Positions 31,416-49,963 of a stretch of DNA of 64,000 bases are shown in pieces. The notes beneath the pieces are model-generated. The model was not told the DNA's origin. It made no database searches and saw nothing but the letters and a program-made list of their open reading frames with translations. The position numbers and the translations under genes are program-made. The DNA lies in the NCBI GenBank assembly GCA_963734495.1, contig CAVTHK010000015.1, positions 64,001 to 128,000 of the forward strand, read 5' to 3'. How positions within the stretch are numbered: position 1 is the first letter of the stretch; each line of letters starts with the position of its first letter. Source of the stretch: an uncultured Spirochaetota bacterium (GTDB lineage Bacteria; Spirochaetota; Spirochaetia; SZUA-6; CAVTHK01).

Positions 31416-32823
31416 TCAGCTCCGTCTCTCCACTGCGGCCGTCGACGGTCACGAAGCCCCGTCCGGCGGCACGGCCCCTATCGGCGACATATGCACCCCA
31501 TGGCAGGGCGAACACCGCGATCACCCCGTTCGCGTCCGCGACGACGCCGGCATCGTCGCGCGCCTCGAGAGGCACTCCCCACTGGCTCAGGAGCTTCTTG
31601 AGGCTCGTTGTCCCGGCTGCCGTGGGCACCCGGTCGCCTCGACGGCGGGAGCGGACAACGACCGGCGGCTGAATGCCGGCCCGGCCGATACTGATCGCTT
31701 GCGGCCGGCCGTCCTGCGCCTCCGCCCGTGCTTCCCCCGGCGGATGGGACCCCAACCGGTACGGGCCAGCCCGCTCGGCTCTTTCGACCGGCTCCGCTAC
31801 CAGAGTAAAATAGCCTGTTTTGCCGGGGCAGACAATATGCCGGGTCACGAGAAACCGGTTTTTGCCCAGTTTAATGCGCACCCCGGCGCCCTGCAGGAGC
31901 CGGTCGACCGCGCGCGGGCGCTCGTGCACCAGCCGCTCGATGGAGCGATAGGACAGCCGTGCCCGCGCGGGGGCCGCGCGGTCGACGACCCGGTACAGCG
32001 ACTCGGCGCGCAGCGCGGCCGGCAGCGCGTAGAAGGCATCCGCGTCGGCGGAAAAGCCTGCTGGCTCGACCTTCCAGACGTCGCGGCGGGCAAGCTCGGC
32101 GTCGACGAGGCCCGCCAGGTCCGACATCTTCCGCGCGAGGCTGTCGAGCGCCCGCGCGTACCCGGGAAAGACCTCGCGCAGGACCGGGACGAGGCGCGCC
32201 CTGATCCCGTTGCGGAGGAAGCGCTGGTCGGCGTTGGAAGAATCCGAATGGAAGCTCTGCGCCCTCTCTGAGAGGAAGGCGACACGTCCTGCCGCGTGCA
32301 GCGCAGGAGCGGCCGGATGACCTGCCCGGCCCGTGGCGCGATGCCTGCGAGACCCTGCGGCCCCGGAACCCTGGAAGAAGCGCATCAGCAGCGTCTCGAC
32401 CTGGTCGTCGTGCGTGTGGCCGAGGGCGATGAACCCGCACCCGGCCTCGCCGGGCCGCCCGGCGAAGGCTCTCCATCCGGCGGCCGCGGGCCGCCTCCTC
32501 GAGGCTCCTGTGCGACCGCCGCGCCTCGCGCTCCAGGAGCCCGGGCTCGATCGGGAGCACGGTCAGCTTCAGGCCGCACTCTTCGGCACGCCTGTTCGGC
32601 TGCCGAGCGCTCGGCGGCGCGCTCCCCGGCGTCGCGAATGCCGTGATCGACGTATGCCGGCACGATGCTGAGTCCGTGCTCGGCCGCGAGCTCCGAGAGC
32701 GCCACCAGAAGGGCGGTCGAATCGGGGCCGCCCGAGCAGCCGACGAGGACGCGGCTGCCGCGCTGCGACGCCCAGACCGGCCAGGGAACCTTCAACCTTG
32801 TCAGCAACCCTGGTTGACTTCAT
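31416..32823 (-). CDS. tilS: tRNA(Ile)-lysidine synthetase (frameshifts)
   Basis: [40 protein letters not shown] and C-terminal RRRGDR...SLKKLLSQW. Confidence 0.92.
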
Positions 32824-33370
32824 TCATGACCCGTTCGAGGCCCTCGCGCGGCAGGCGCGGACAGGGCGTCGGCGGCCCGTTCGACGGCGGCCTGCGATCG
32901 CCGCCGCTTCGTCCGGGCCGGGCCGCCCGAGCACGTAAGACACGACGTCCTTCCTCGATGACGGCCGCCCGATGCCGACGACGAGTCGCATGATCTCGTC
33001 CGTGCCGGCGTGGCGTATGATCGACTCGAGCCCCTTCTGGCCGCCGGACGATCCCCGCGTGCGCAAGCGGCAGACTCCGGCCGGCAGGTCGAGGCTGTCG
33101 CAGACGACGAGCACGTCCGCCGGCGCCGCCTTTGCCGCGCGCAGCATCGAAGCCAGCACTTCGCCCGACGCGTTCATGAAGGTCAGGGGCTTGAACAGGT
33201 GCCAGAGCTCGCCTCCGACTGCTGCGCCTGGCCAGCGCGAACCGCCGGAAGAGCGGCCGCCTCCAGCGCAGGCCGAGCCGGGAGGCCAGACGGTCGACGA
33301 CCGCGAACCCGACGTTGTGCCGGGTGCCTTCGTAGCGAGGTCCGGGATTGCCCAGACCGATGACGACCAG
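32801..33370 (-). CDS. pth: Peptidyl-tRNA hydrolase (frameshifts, start approximate)
   Basis: IGLGNPG...[25 protein letters not shown] and RLVVGIGRP. Confidence 0.92.
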   Translation of the reverse strand: MVVIGLGNPGPRYEGTRHNVGFAVVDRLASRLGLRWRRPLFRRFALARRSSRRRALAPVQAPDLHERVGRSAGFDAARGKGGAGGRARRLRQPRPAGRSLPLAHAGIVRRPEGARVDHTPRRHGRDHATRRRHRAAVIEEGRRVLRARAARPGRSGGDRRPPSNGPPTPCPRLPREGLERVMNEVNQGC

Positions 33371-33373
33371 GCG

Positions 33374-34047
33374 CTACTTCTCCGCCTTCTCGGCGCTTCT
33401 CCGCGCTCCTCGCCCTCGGCGCTTCCTCGCCCTCTGCAGCGGCAGCGTCTTCGCCCTCGGCAGCCGCCTCGACGGGCGCAGCCACCACTTCGGCCTTCTT
33501 GACGAGGATCGTGCAGACGACCTGGTCGGCGAAGTGACGATGCGGACGCCCTGCATCGGGGGCAGGCTCGCGCACGTGGATCGACTGGCCGATCGTCGAG
33601 TGGGTGCATGTCGACGCTCGATGTCCTCGGGCAGGTCCTTGGGGAGACACTCGATCTCGAGGTCGTGGACCAGGGTCTCGAGAAGGCCGCCCTCGCGCAC
33701 TCCCATGGCGCTCGCCGCGCACGCGCACGGCCACGCGGGCGCGCAGCAGCGCGGCTCTGGTCGATCTCGTAGAAGTCGATGTGGGTGATCCGTCCGCTGA
33801 CGATGTCTTCCTGGTAGTCCTTGACGAGGACCTCGATGGCCGACGTCGTCGGACTCGAGCTTGATGATCGTGCTCTCGGACACGGCCCTGAACTTCGATC
33901 CGAACTCGTGCTCATCGATCACGATCGGAATCGGGTCTCCGTGCGGCCGTACACGATCGAAGGGATCTTTCCGGACCGGCGGAACCGCCCCGCCGGCCCC
34001 TTGCCGCTTTCCTTGCGCACCGAGAACGCGAGAGTCTTCTGCTCCAT
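33374..34047 (-). CDS. rplY: 50S ribosomal protein L25/Ctc (frameshifts)
   Basis: GKGPAGRFRRSGKIPSIVYG, HIDFYE, GVREGGLL and ECLPKDLPE. Confidence 0.92.
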
Positions 34048-34091
34048 CTCCTGCTCCTCTTGATCAGTCCCGCCGTCGTTCACGAGTAAGG

Positions 34092-34165
34092 CTGGGACGG
34101 CAGGATTCGAACCTGCGTAATGCCGGTTCCAAAGACCGGTGGCTTAACCGCTTGCCTACGTCCCA
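34092..34165 (-). tRNA. tRNA-Gln(TTG)
   Basis: U1-A72 acceptor TGGGACG/CGTCCCA, G73, anticodon arm CCGGT-CTTTGGA-ACCGG and GTTCGAATC. Confidence 0.93.
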
Positions 34166-34195
34166 GTGATCTGCTGAGCGTAAGACCGAAACGGG

Positions 34196-34511
34196 TCAAG
34201 CCCCTTCGCGATCTTGCTTCTTCCACCTCTGCGAGCGGCTCCTCCGCACCCGGGGTCGCCGCCAGCTTGTCGTAGGCGGCCAGGATCTGCCGCTGTATCT
34301 GGTTGCGAAACTCCGAGTTGATCGGGTGCGCTATGTCCTTGTACTCCCCCGTCTGGGTCTTCCGACTCGGCATCGCAACGAACGTACCCGACTGCCCCTT
34401 GATGATCTTGAGGTTGTGCACGGCGAAGCAGTCATCGAACGTCAGCGTAACATAAGCCTTGAGCTTGCCCTCGCTCTCGACTCTGCGGATGCGGATGTCG
34501 GTGATGTCCAC
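34196..34511 (-). CDS. spoVG: Nucleic-acid-binding regulator SpoVG (stop apparently displaced by an indel)
   Basis: DITDIRIR...KLKAYVTLTFDDCFAVHNLKII...FVAMPSRK...YKDIAHPIN. Confidence 0.93.
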
Positions 34512-34538
34512 AGCGGCACCCCCTCGTGCGTGCATCAG

Positions 34539-34626
34539 ATTCTACAATGGGTCCATACCCAATGCAAGCAAGAGTCGAGCCGCTTTGTCAGGTTGCGCAT
34601 TATAACGGTTCACCCGCGAGTGTCAA
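34539..34626 (-). promoter_or_regulatory. Tandem sigma70 promoters of the spoVG operon
   Basis: TTGACA-16-TATAAT (34626-34599) and TTGCAT-17-TAGAAT (34567-34539). Confidence 0.7.
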
Positions 34627-35016
34627 GGCTCGCCGCAGCGGAACGGCGGGAGGCGACGCCCCGCCAGGCGCCCGACGTCCGGCGGGGCTGCCGGAACGCC
34701 ATGGCGACGCCGGCACTTCGCCGCGGCCGGCGCGGTTCCCCGGGGCGGCCGGCGCGGCTCGCCCGGGCGCCGCCCGGCGCCGCGCCGGGCTGGGAGCGTG
34801 CAGCGTGGCAAGCGGTCGGAAGCTCGCGTGGCGGCGCGACGGCGCCGCCGGGAGGCCGCTGCCGCGATCCCGGCCGGCCGTCGTTTCGAGCGGCGGCGAG
34901 GCCGCTGCAGGCGCGTTCGGGCTCCCCTCGAATCGAGCACCCGGCGGCCCTGGCGCTCCGGCCGGACGCCACGCCAGGCGCCCCGGGTTGCCGCCAACTC
35001 CCTCTGCGAAAGCCTG

Positions 35017-35046
35017 TTGACATTTCGAAGAGGAAGCACATAGATT
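35017..35046 (+). promoter_or_regulatory. Sigma70 promoter of the polyacidic ORF
   Basis: TTGACA-18 bp-TAGATT, followed by AAGGAGG at 35062-35068. Confidence 0.7.
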
Positions 35047-35082
35047 GGTCGATAGAAAAGCAAGGAGGCCAGGAAAGCGATC

Positions 35083-35493
35083 ATGAGCTCACTGAACGCG
35101 GGCGACGACTGCTATCTTCTGATGGGCTCCGACGACGACGCGGGTGACCTCGAGGACGACGAGCTCTTCGACGACGACTTCGACGACTACGAAGAGGACT
35201 TAGACGACGACGACTACGACGAGGACGACCTCGAAGACGAGGAGTCCGAGGACTACGACAGCAGCGGCGAAGAAGCTCTCGAAGACGGGGACTACGAAGA
35301 GGACGAGGACGACGACGAGGAGGAGGAAGAAGAAGAGGAGGAGGACGAAGAGGAAGAAGACGAGGATCATGACGAAGACGAAGAGGATGAAGACGACGAC
35401 GAAGAAGAGGACGCCGAGGAGGACGAGGACTTCTTCGACGAGGACTACGACTCCGACGACGACGATACCGACGAGGCTGACGACGAAGAGTAG
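35083..35493 (+). CDS. Extremely acidic, probably disordered protein (about 70% Asp/Glu)
   Basis: Intact 136-aa ORF with about 95 D/E and no K/R; own promoter and Shine-Dalgarno; mixed GAC/GAT/GAG/GAA codons. Confidence 0.8.
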   Translation: MSSLNAGDDCYLLMGSDDDAGDLEDDELFDDDFDDYEEDLDDDDYDEDDLEDEESEDYDSSGEEALEDGDYEEDEDDDEEEEEEEEEDEEEEDEDHDEDEEDEDDDEEEDAEEDEDFFDEDYDSDDDDTDEADDEE

Positions 35494-35841
35494 ACCTCTT
35501 CGGCCATGAACCAGAGCTTCTCCAGCTCGTAGAAGTCGCGCTTCTCGCGCTCCATGAGGTGGACGACAAAGCTGCCGCAGTCGACCAGCACCCAGCCCGA
35601 TTCCGCGGCGTTGCGTGCCTCGGTTGAGCGACTTACCGATTTTTCCTTCAGACAGGTCCAGGACGTAGTCGAGAAGGCTGCGCAGGTGGGTCTCGCTGTG
35701 CGCCGTGGCGATCACGAAGTAATCGGTCCAGCTGCAGACCCCGCCCACGTGGAGGACCACCGTGTCCTCGGCCTGTGCTCTTCGAGCACTGTTGCCGCTG
35801 TCGAGGGCCGTGGCGCGGCTACTGTTTGACGTATCGTCCAT
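35445..35841 (-). CDS. rsfS: Ribosome silencing factor RsfS (frameshift)
   Basis: [13 protein letters not shown] and [29 protein letters not shown]. Confidence 0.92.
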
Positions 35842-37017
35842 CGAAATCCCTTCCCAGGATCACGGTCACGTCCGCGTCGCTGGAGGCGCTCGGCTGGGCG
35901 TGCATCCGCTCGCAGTGGATGATCTCGGCCACGCGCTTCGCCGCATCGGGGTTGCCGCGGCGGTCGAGCACGACGGTGTTCACGTACTTGTCGTTGTCGG
36001 CGTTGCCGAACGAGACGACCTCGAAACCGAAGCTCTCGTAGAGCGCCTTGGTGCGGCGCGCGAGACCGTCCAGGGCGGTCCCGTTGAGGATCTCGATGCG
36101 GACCGTGACCGACTCGGTCGCTCGCTTCGCTCTGGTTCCTGATGGCCTGGCTCATCTGGCTCACCGTCTCGCGGATCAGGGCGCCCTCGTAATGGGGCAG
36201 CAGCACTTCGCCGTTGACGCCTTCGACCTGCCGCAGGCTGCCCATCACTCTCTGGAACACCAGGTGGTCGGGGTCGAGGCGGCCGAGCTCGCGGACCAGG
36301 GAGTCCACGCCGCGTGAGCTGATGTTCGTCTGGAGAATAGCTCTTGAACACGGCGTTCGCCGCGGGGTTGCCGAGGAGATCCTGGGTCGCCGGCTGGCCG
36401 ATCCGTTCTGAGAAGCGACTGCAGGAACTTCTGCTGGCGCCCGACCCTCTCCATTTCCTCCTCGATCGGGTCCTCGTAGCTCGAGGTACTGGAGCGCCTT
36501 GTCGCCGTCCAGGGTCACGCTGCCGGAAGGCAGGAGCGTCGCGGTTGCCCCCCGACTCGCTGTCGATGGGGTTGGAGATGAACAGGTCTCGATGCCGCCG
36601 AGCAGGTCGACGATGTTCGCGATCGTGGTCGTACGAGCAGCACGACATGGAACGGGATCGGCGCCTTGACGAGCTGCTCCGTCTTCCTGCGCAGCGGCGT
36701 CGAGGTTGCCGGCGGCGTAGAGCACCGAGATGCGGTCGAAGCGGCCGAGCTCGGCGATCTGCAGGCCCAGGTTGGCCGGGATGAAGAAGAGCCCGCCGCG
36801 CTTGGTGTGTGGGCTCGTACAGCAGCAGCTCCATGTGATCGAGCGCGTCCGCCGCGGGCGATGATGAACAGGACGTTGACGGGAGAGCCCGTGGGCCACC
36901 ATCTCCGTCAGGGCGTCGGTGCGGAACTGGAGAAAACCGTAGACACCGGCCGCGACGACGACCAGAACGATCAGGACGAGCATCAGAGATGCTCTTGTCC
37001 GGCTTGCGCGTCCTCAC
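35819..37017 (-). CDS. LCP (LytR-CpsA-Psr) family protein with LytR_C domain (frameshifts)
   Basis: N-terminal TM helix, IVDLLGGI, TLDGDKALQYL, RQQKF; C-terminal IEILNGTALDGLAR...FGNAD...DVTVILG. Confidence 0.85.
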
Positions 37018-37611
37018 CCGAGCTCCCTCCCGAGCCCCCTCCTGAGCTCCTCGATCATCAGCCGGGTCTCCGCGAGCGGCTCGAACCCTTTCAGCCGATA
37101 GTACGCGGCGAGCTCCTCGGCCACCAGCAGGACGATCTCGTCCAGACTCCCCGCGGGCGAGCGCCCGGCGCCGCAGCTTCCGCGCGAAGCGGCGCCCGGC
37201 TCCAGCAGATCGGCAGCATAGACCGCCTTGGCCACGTCGTCGAGCGCCGGGCCTCCCGCGATGTGCCAGCGGACGGCCCGCAGGACGACCGGATCGTCGA
37301 CGCCGTTTTCGCGCAGCAGGGCTTCGGCCGCCGCGCCGTGCATGAGGACGGGACGCGCGAGCGCGGCGGGGTCGGGCTCGCCGCCGCAGCGGGCGGCGAG
37401 GGCCGCGAGCCGCTCCGCGCGGCAGCTCCCGCGCCACGTCGTGGCCGAGCCCTGCGACGAAGGACCGCTGCGGATCGAAGCCGAAGCGCTCGGCCAGCTC
37501 CCGCGCGCAGCGGGCCACCCGGAGGGAGTGACGCCGGCGCTTCGGAGAGAGGCGCCCCAGCAGGAGGCGGATCGCGCGGACTTCAGCCGACGTACAGCCC
37601 GTGACGCGCAA
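37014..37611 (-). CDS. yqeK: YqeK-family HD hydrolase, Ap4A hydrolase (frameshifts)
   Basis: RRRHSLRVA, AGLGHDVARE, LMHG, AVRWH and YAADLLEPG; follows nadD. Confidence 0.85.
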
Positions 37612-38158
37612 TGTACCTCCACACCCGCTCCGGAAGGAGGAAACGAACGGTCTCGCGCCTCGCCAGCCGTTCGCGGATGACGGTCGAGGAAACCGGCAGG
37701 ATCGTCGTTGCCAAGGTACCGGTGGGGATACGCGAAGTCCAGGGCCTCGGCGCTCGCTCCTCCGGCACACCAGGAGGTCGACGCGTTCGACGAGCTCCTC
37801 CACCCTCTTCCAGCGGGAGAAGCCCGCGAGCAGGTCGTCGCCGATGATGAGCCCGAGCCGGCCCTGCGGGCGGTACCTGCGCTCTATGTCCGCGACCGTC
37901 TCGATCATGTAGGACACGCCGCCCCTGCGGATCTCGCAGGGGTCGCACACGAACGCCGGGAGGCCCGCGAGCGCCATCCTCACCATGCGCAGGCGCTCTT
38001 CGGGGCCGACGGTGCCCGGCACGTCCTTGTGCGCGGGTACGTTCGACGGCACGAAGACGATGCGATCGTAGCCGCACGTCGTCCGCGCGACCTCCGCCGC
38101 GAAGAGATGTCCGTAGTGGATCGGGTTGAACGTGCCGCCCGAGGATCGCAGCCTTCAT
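37583..38158 (-). CDS. nadD: Nicotinate-nucleotide adenylyltransferase (frameshifts)
   Basis: [25 protein letters not shown] and VSSTVIR. Confidence 0.93.
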   Translation of the reverse strand: MKAAILGRHVQPDPLRTSLRGGGRADDVRLRSHRLRAVERTRAQGRAGHRRPRRAPAHGEDGARGPPGVRVRPLRDPQGRRVLHDRDGRGHRAQVPPAGPARAHHRRRPARGLLPLEEGGGARRTRRPPGVPEERAPRPWTSRIPTGTLATTILPVSSTVIRERLARRETVRFLLPERVWRYIARHGLYVG

Positions 38159-38169
38159 GCGGCGGTCTA

Positions 38170-39147
38170 TCACCTCCACGAGCGCGCGCACCAGGTCCTC
38201 GAGCCCACGTGCCGGTGAGCGCCGAGATCCCCACGACGCGCTCGCCCGGGAGCGAGCGCGCGAGCTCCTCGAGACGCGCCGGCGCCGCCGGCGTGTCCAG
38301 CTTGTTGCCGACGATGATGCCGCCGCCGCCCCGCCATCTCCGGCGAAAAGGCCCGGACCTCGGCCTCGAGGGTCGGCACGGCCCGCAGGGCGCCTTCATC
38401 CTCGAGGTCCACGATGTAGGCGAGCACCGCCGTCCGCGCCACGTGCCTGAGGAACTGGTTCCCCATGCCGGCGCCGCTTCGAGGCGCCCTCGATCAGGCC
38501 CGGGAATGTCGGCGAGCACGATGTCCAGGTCGCCGATGCGGAGGACGCCCAGGTGAGGGATCAACGTGGTGAAGGGGTACGCGGCCACCTTGGGCCTCGC
38601 CCGCGTGAGCCGCGAGATCAGCGTCGACTTGCCGGCGTTCGGCAGCCCCACCAGCCCGACGTCCGCGATGAGGCTCAGCTCGACCCGCAGCTTGCGCGCG
38701 GCGCCCGGCGTCCCCGGCTGCGCGAAGCGCGGCGTCCTGTGCGTCGCAGTGGCGAAGTGCGTGTTGCCCTTGCCTCCCCGTCCGCCCTGGAGGAACAGCC
38801 AGCGCTCTCCGCTCTGCGACAGATCCCGCAGCAGCTCGCCGCTCCGGCCGTCCCTGATCGAGCGTGCCCGGCGGCACCGGGACTTCGACGTCCGCGCCGC
38901 GATGTCCCGTGCGATTCTGCGAGCCCCCGCGCGCGCCGTTTTCGGCGTGGAACGACCTGCGGTTGCGGAGGTGAGCGAGTGTCTTGAGATTGGACCTTAC
39001 GACAAAGAAGAGGTCGCCGCCGTCGCCGCCGTCGCCGCCGTCGGGGCCGCCGCGCGGAACGTACTTCTCGCGACGGAACGACACGGCCCCGGCGCCGCCG
39101 TTGCCCGAAGCGACCTCGATCAGCGCCTCGTCGACGAACCCGTGCAC
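38170..39147 (-). CDS. obgE: GTPase Obg/CgtA (frameshifts)
   Basis: [54 protein letters not shown] and NKLD. Confidence 0.95.
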
Positions 39148-39150
39148 GCC

Positions 39151-39408
39151 TCAGCGCGACTCGGGCATGACGCTCGCGAGCTTGCGGCCTCTGCGCTCGT
39201 GGTACTTCACGACGCCGTCGATGCGCGCGTACAGCGTGTCGTCGCTGCCGATGCCCACGTTGTCGCCCGGATGAAACTTGGTGCCGCGCTGGCGCAGGAG
39301 GATCGTCCCGGCCGTGACCAGCTCGCCGCCGAAGCGCTTGATGCCGATGCGCTGGGAATTCGAATCCCTGCCGTTCCGCGAGCTTCCCTGTCCCTTCTTA
39401 TGAGCCAT
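39151..39408 (-). CDS. rpmA: 50S ribosomal protein L27
   Basis: [20 protein letters not shown]...[10 protein letters not shown]. Confidence 0.98.
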   Translation of the reverse strand: MAHKKGQGSSRNGRDSNSQRIGIKRFGGELVTAGTILLRQRGTKFHPGDNVGIGSDDTLYARIDGVVKYHERRGRKLASVMPESR

Positions 39409-39418
39409 GGCTTAGCCC

Positions 39419-39734
39419 TCAAACGAGCGTGATGTCTTCGACGCGAAGGACCGAGAACGACTGGCGGTGGCCCCGCTTCTTGTGGAAGCCCTTGCGCTTG
39501 CGGTACCGGTAGACCACGATCTTGCGGTCGCGGCCTTCGTCCTCGACCACTGTCCGCACCTTCGCGCCGGCCACGTACGGGGTCCCGATCTTGACGGCGG
39601 CGCCGTCGGAGGTGAGCAGAACCGAGTCGAACTCCACCACGTCGCCCTTGGCGACGGCTCAGGAGATCGACCTTGAGCCGGGCGCCTTTTTCAGCCTTGT
39701 ACTGCCTGCCGTTGATGCTTACGAGCGCGTACAT
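39419..39734 (-). CDS. rplU: 50S ribosomal protein L21 (one frameshift)
   Basis: MYALVSINGRQYK...IGTPYV...KRGHRQ. Confidence 0.96.
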
Positions 39735-39773
39735 CGTTTCCTCGGGGGTCTTCAGATTGAGATAGAGCGCCCT

Positions 39774-39803
39774 AAATTAGCACGCCGCGGGCGAGCCGGT
39801 CAA
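39774..39803 (-). promoter_or_regulatory. Sigma70 promoter of the rplU operon
   Basis: TTGACC-18 bp-TAATTT with extended -10 TG; the -35 box overlaps the gltD stop codon. Confidence 0.55.
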
Positions 39804-41266
39804 GGCAGAACGGTCTCTCCCATGAGGTAGCGGTCGGTCTCGCGGGCCGCCCCGCGGCCCTCGTTGATCGCCCACACCACGAGCGACTGTCCCCGCCGCA
39901 TGTCGCCGGCGGCGAACACGCCCGGAACGCTGGAGGCGAAGCGTCCATGCTCCGCCTTTACGTTCGAGCGGCCGTCGACTTCCAGCCCCAGCTGCCTGAT
40001 CACGGTGTCTTCGGGACCGACGAAACCCATCGCGAGCAGCACGAGGTCCGCGGGGAACTCCTCCTCGGTGCCCGCGACCTCCTTGATCCGCTGCCGCCCG
40101 CTTGCGTCCTTTTCCCAGTCGACACGGACCGTGCGCACGAAGCGGACGCCGGTGCTCGGGCTGCCGACGAACTCCTTGACCAGGATGGCGAACTCCCTCG
40201 GGTCGCGGCCCAGGACCGCGCGGGCCTCCTCGTGGCCGTAGTCGACCCGGTAGATCCGCGGCCAGAAGGGCCACGGGTTGTCGGGCGCCCGCTCGAGCGG
40301 AGGCTGCGGCAGGATCTCGAAGTTCAGCAGGCTGCGGCAGCCGTGACGCATCGCCGTGCCCGACGCAGTCGTTGCCCGTGTCGCCGCCGCCGATGACGAT
40401 GACGTCCCGCCCGCGCGCGGACGTGTAGCGCTCGTCGGCGAACCCGGAGTCGAGCAGGCTGCGGGTGTTGGGGCGCAGAAAGTCCATGGCGAAGAGGATG
40501 CCGGGGAGCTGGCGGCCCGGCGCGGGCAGGTCGCGCGGCACGGTCGCCCCGCAGGCGAGCACGACGCGCGTCGTTTTCCTCGCGAAGGGCGCGGGCGTCG
40601 ACGTCGACCCCCACGTGCGCCCGGGGGACGAAGGTGACCCCCTCGCGCGCCATGAGCTCGACGCGGCGGTCGACCTTCCATTTTTCGATCTTCATGTTGG
40701 GGATGCCGTACATGAGGAGGCCGCCGATCCGGTCGTCCCGCTCGTAGACGGTCACCTGGTGCCCGGCCTTGTTGAGCTGGTCCGCGGCCGCGAGGCCCGA
40801 CGGGCCGCTGCCCACGATCGGCCACGCGCTTGCCGGTGCGCCTCGCCGGCGGCGAAGGCCGGATCCAGCCTTCCTCCCAGGCCTTCTCGACGATGAAGTA
40901 CTCGTTCTGCTTGATCGTCACGGGCGGGTCGGTGATCCCCAGGACGCACGCCGCCTCGCAGGGGGCCGGGCACACCAGGCCGGTGAATTCGGGGAAGTTG
41001 TTGGTCTTGTGCAACCGCTCGATCGCCTCGCGATAGCGGCCCCGGTAGACGAGGTCGTTCCACTCCGGGATCAGGTTGTCGACCGGGCAGCCGTTGGCGG
41101 TCTGGCAGAACGGAACGCCGCAGTCCATGCACCGGGCGCCCTGGTTGCGCCGCTCCTCCTCCTGGAGCTCGCCGTGGAACTCGCGGAAGTCGGCGACACG
41201 CTCGCGGGGACCGCGCTCGGGGCCGCCGACCCTGGCGAACTCGAGGAAGCCTGTCGGTTTTCCCAT
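39800..41266 (-). CDS. gltD: Glutamate synthase small subunit (frameshifts)
   Basis: [50 protein letters not shown] and [18 protein letters not shown]. Confidence 0.96.
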   Translation of the reverse strand: MGKPTGFLEFARVGGPERGPRERVADFREFHGELQEEERRNQGARCMDCGVPFCQTANGCPVDNLIPEWNDLVYRGRYREAIERLHKTNNFPEFTGLVCPAPCEAACVLGITDPPVTIKQNEYFIVEKAWEEGWIRPSPPARRTGKRVADRGQRPVGPRGRGPAQQGRAPGDRLRAGRPDRRPPHVRHPQHEDRKMEGRPPRRAHGARGGHLRPPGARGGRRRRPRPSRGKRRASCSPAGRPCRATCPRRAASSPASSSPWTFCAPTPAACSTPGSPTSATRPRAGGTSSSSAAATRATTASGTAMRHGCRSLLNFEILPQPPLERAPDNPWPFWPRIYRVDYGHEEARAVLGRDPREFAILVKEFVGSPSTGVRFVRTVRVDWEKDASGRQRIKEVAGTEEEFPADLVLLAMGFVGPEDTVIRQLGLEVDGRSNVKAEHGRFASSVPGVFAAGDMRRGQSLVVWAINEGRGAARETDRYLMGETVLP

Positions 41267-41267
41267 G

Positions 41268-45895
<4,628 letters not shown>

Positions 45896-45972
45896 CGTTC
45901 CCCCCGGCGCCGACGGCAAAAGCCGGGTCGCCCCGGCTCGCGCTTCGCCTCTGTCGGCGTTGGCTAAGGAAC

Positions 45973-45988
45973 TGCAAGAATCGTGCCC
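45973..45988 (-). promoter_or_regulatory. Sigma54 (-24/-12) promoter upstream of gltB
   Basis: GGGCACG-ATTC-TTGCA against consensus TGGCACG-N4-TTGCW, with correct GG-N10-GC spacing. Confidence 0.7.
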
Positions 45989-46199
45989 TGGTTCCCGACT
46001 CTCCCGAAGACGCGCAGAAAGGCCCAAATAACGCCGGGAAACCGTGCGGCGGCCCTCTCCGGGTCCGTCCGCCGTACAAGAATGTAGGACCCGGAACACC
46101 CTGAAGCCACATTCTCGTAGGTATTGGTCACGGCATGGGGTTCCCGACGGCCTGGGACGGCCAGGTGGGGCCAGCGACGCCCCCAGCGGCCTTTCCCCG

Positions 46200-46228
46200 T
46201 TGCAAAGAAATTCCGTTCCCGGTAGTAT
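46200..46228 (+). promoter_or_regulatory. Sigma70 promoter of nifJ
   Basis: TTGCAA-17 bp-TAGTAT. Confidence 0.6.
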
Positions 46229-46270
46229 GGAGAAAACAATCTCGATAATCCACGCGCGGGAGAGACGAAG

Positions 46271-49852
<3,582 letters not shown>

Positions 49853-49874
49853 CGCCTGCCCTCGTCTGCGCGCG

Positions 49875-49915
49875 AGGCCCGGGTGCCCTCTTCGGGGGCC
49901 CGGGCCTTTCTGTTT
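49875..49915 (+). terminator. Intrinsic terminator after nifJ
   Basis: AGGCCCGGG...CCCGGGCCT stem followed by TTCTGTTT. Confidence 0.7.
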
Positions 49916-49963
49916 CCCGGCCGCCCTTGCCCGCCGGTCTCATCCCGCATAGAATCCCGGTCC

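Noticed and set aside
29677..32385. Apparent in-frame TilS-FtsH fusion
   Set aside because: An out-of-frame TGA and a GTG start sit at the junction (31411-31418); with this indel rate a sequencing artefact is more likely.
35130..35490. GAC/GAG microsatellite or CRISPR-like array
   Set aside because: There is no fixed repeat-spacer period; the pattern is varied Asp/Glu codons in a single frame.
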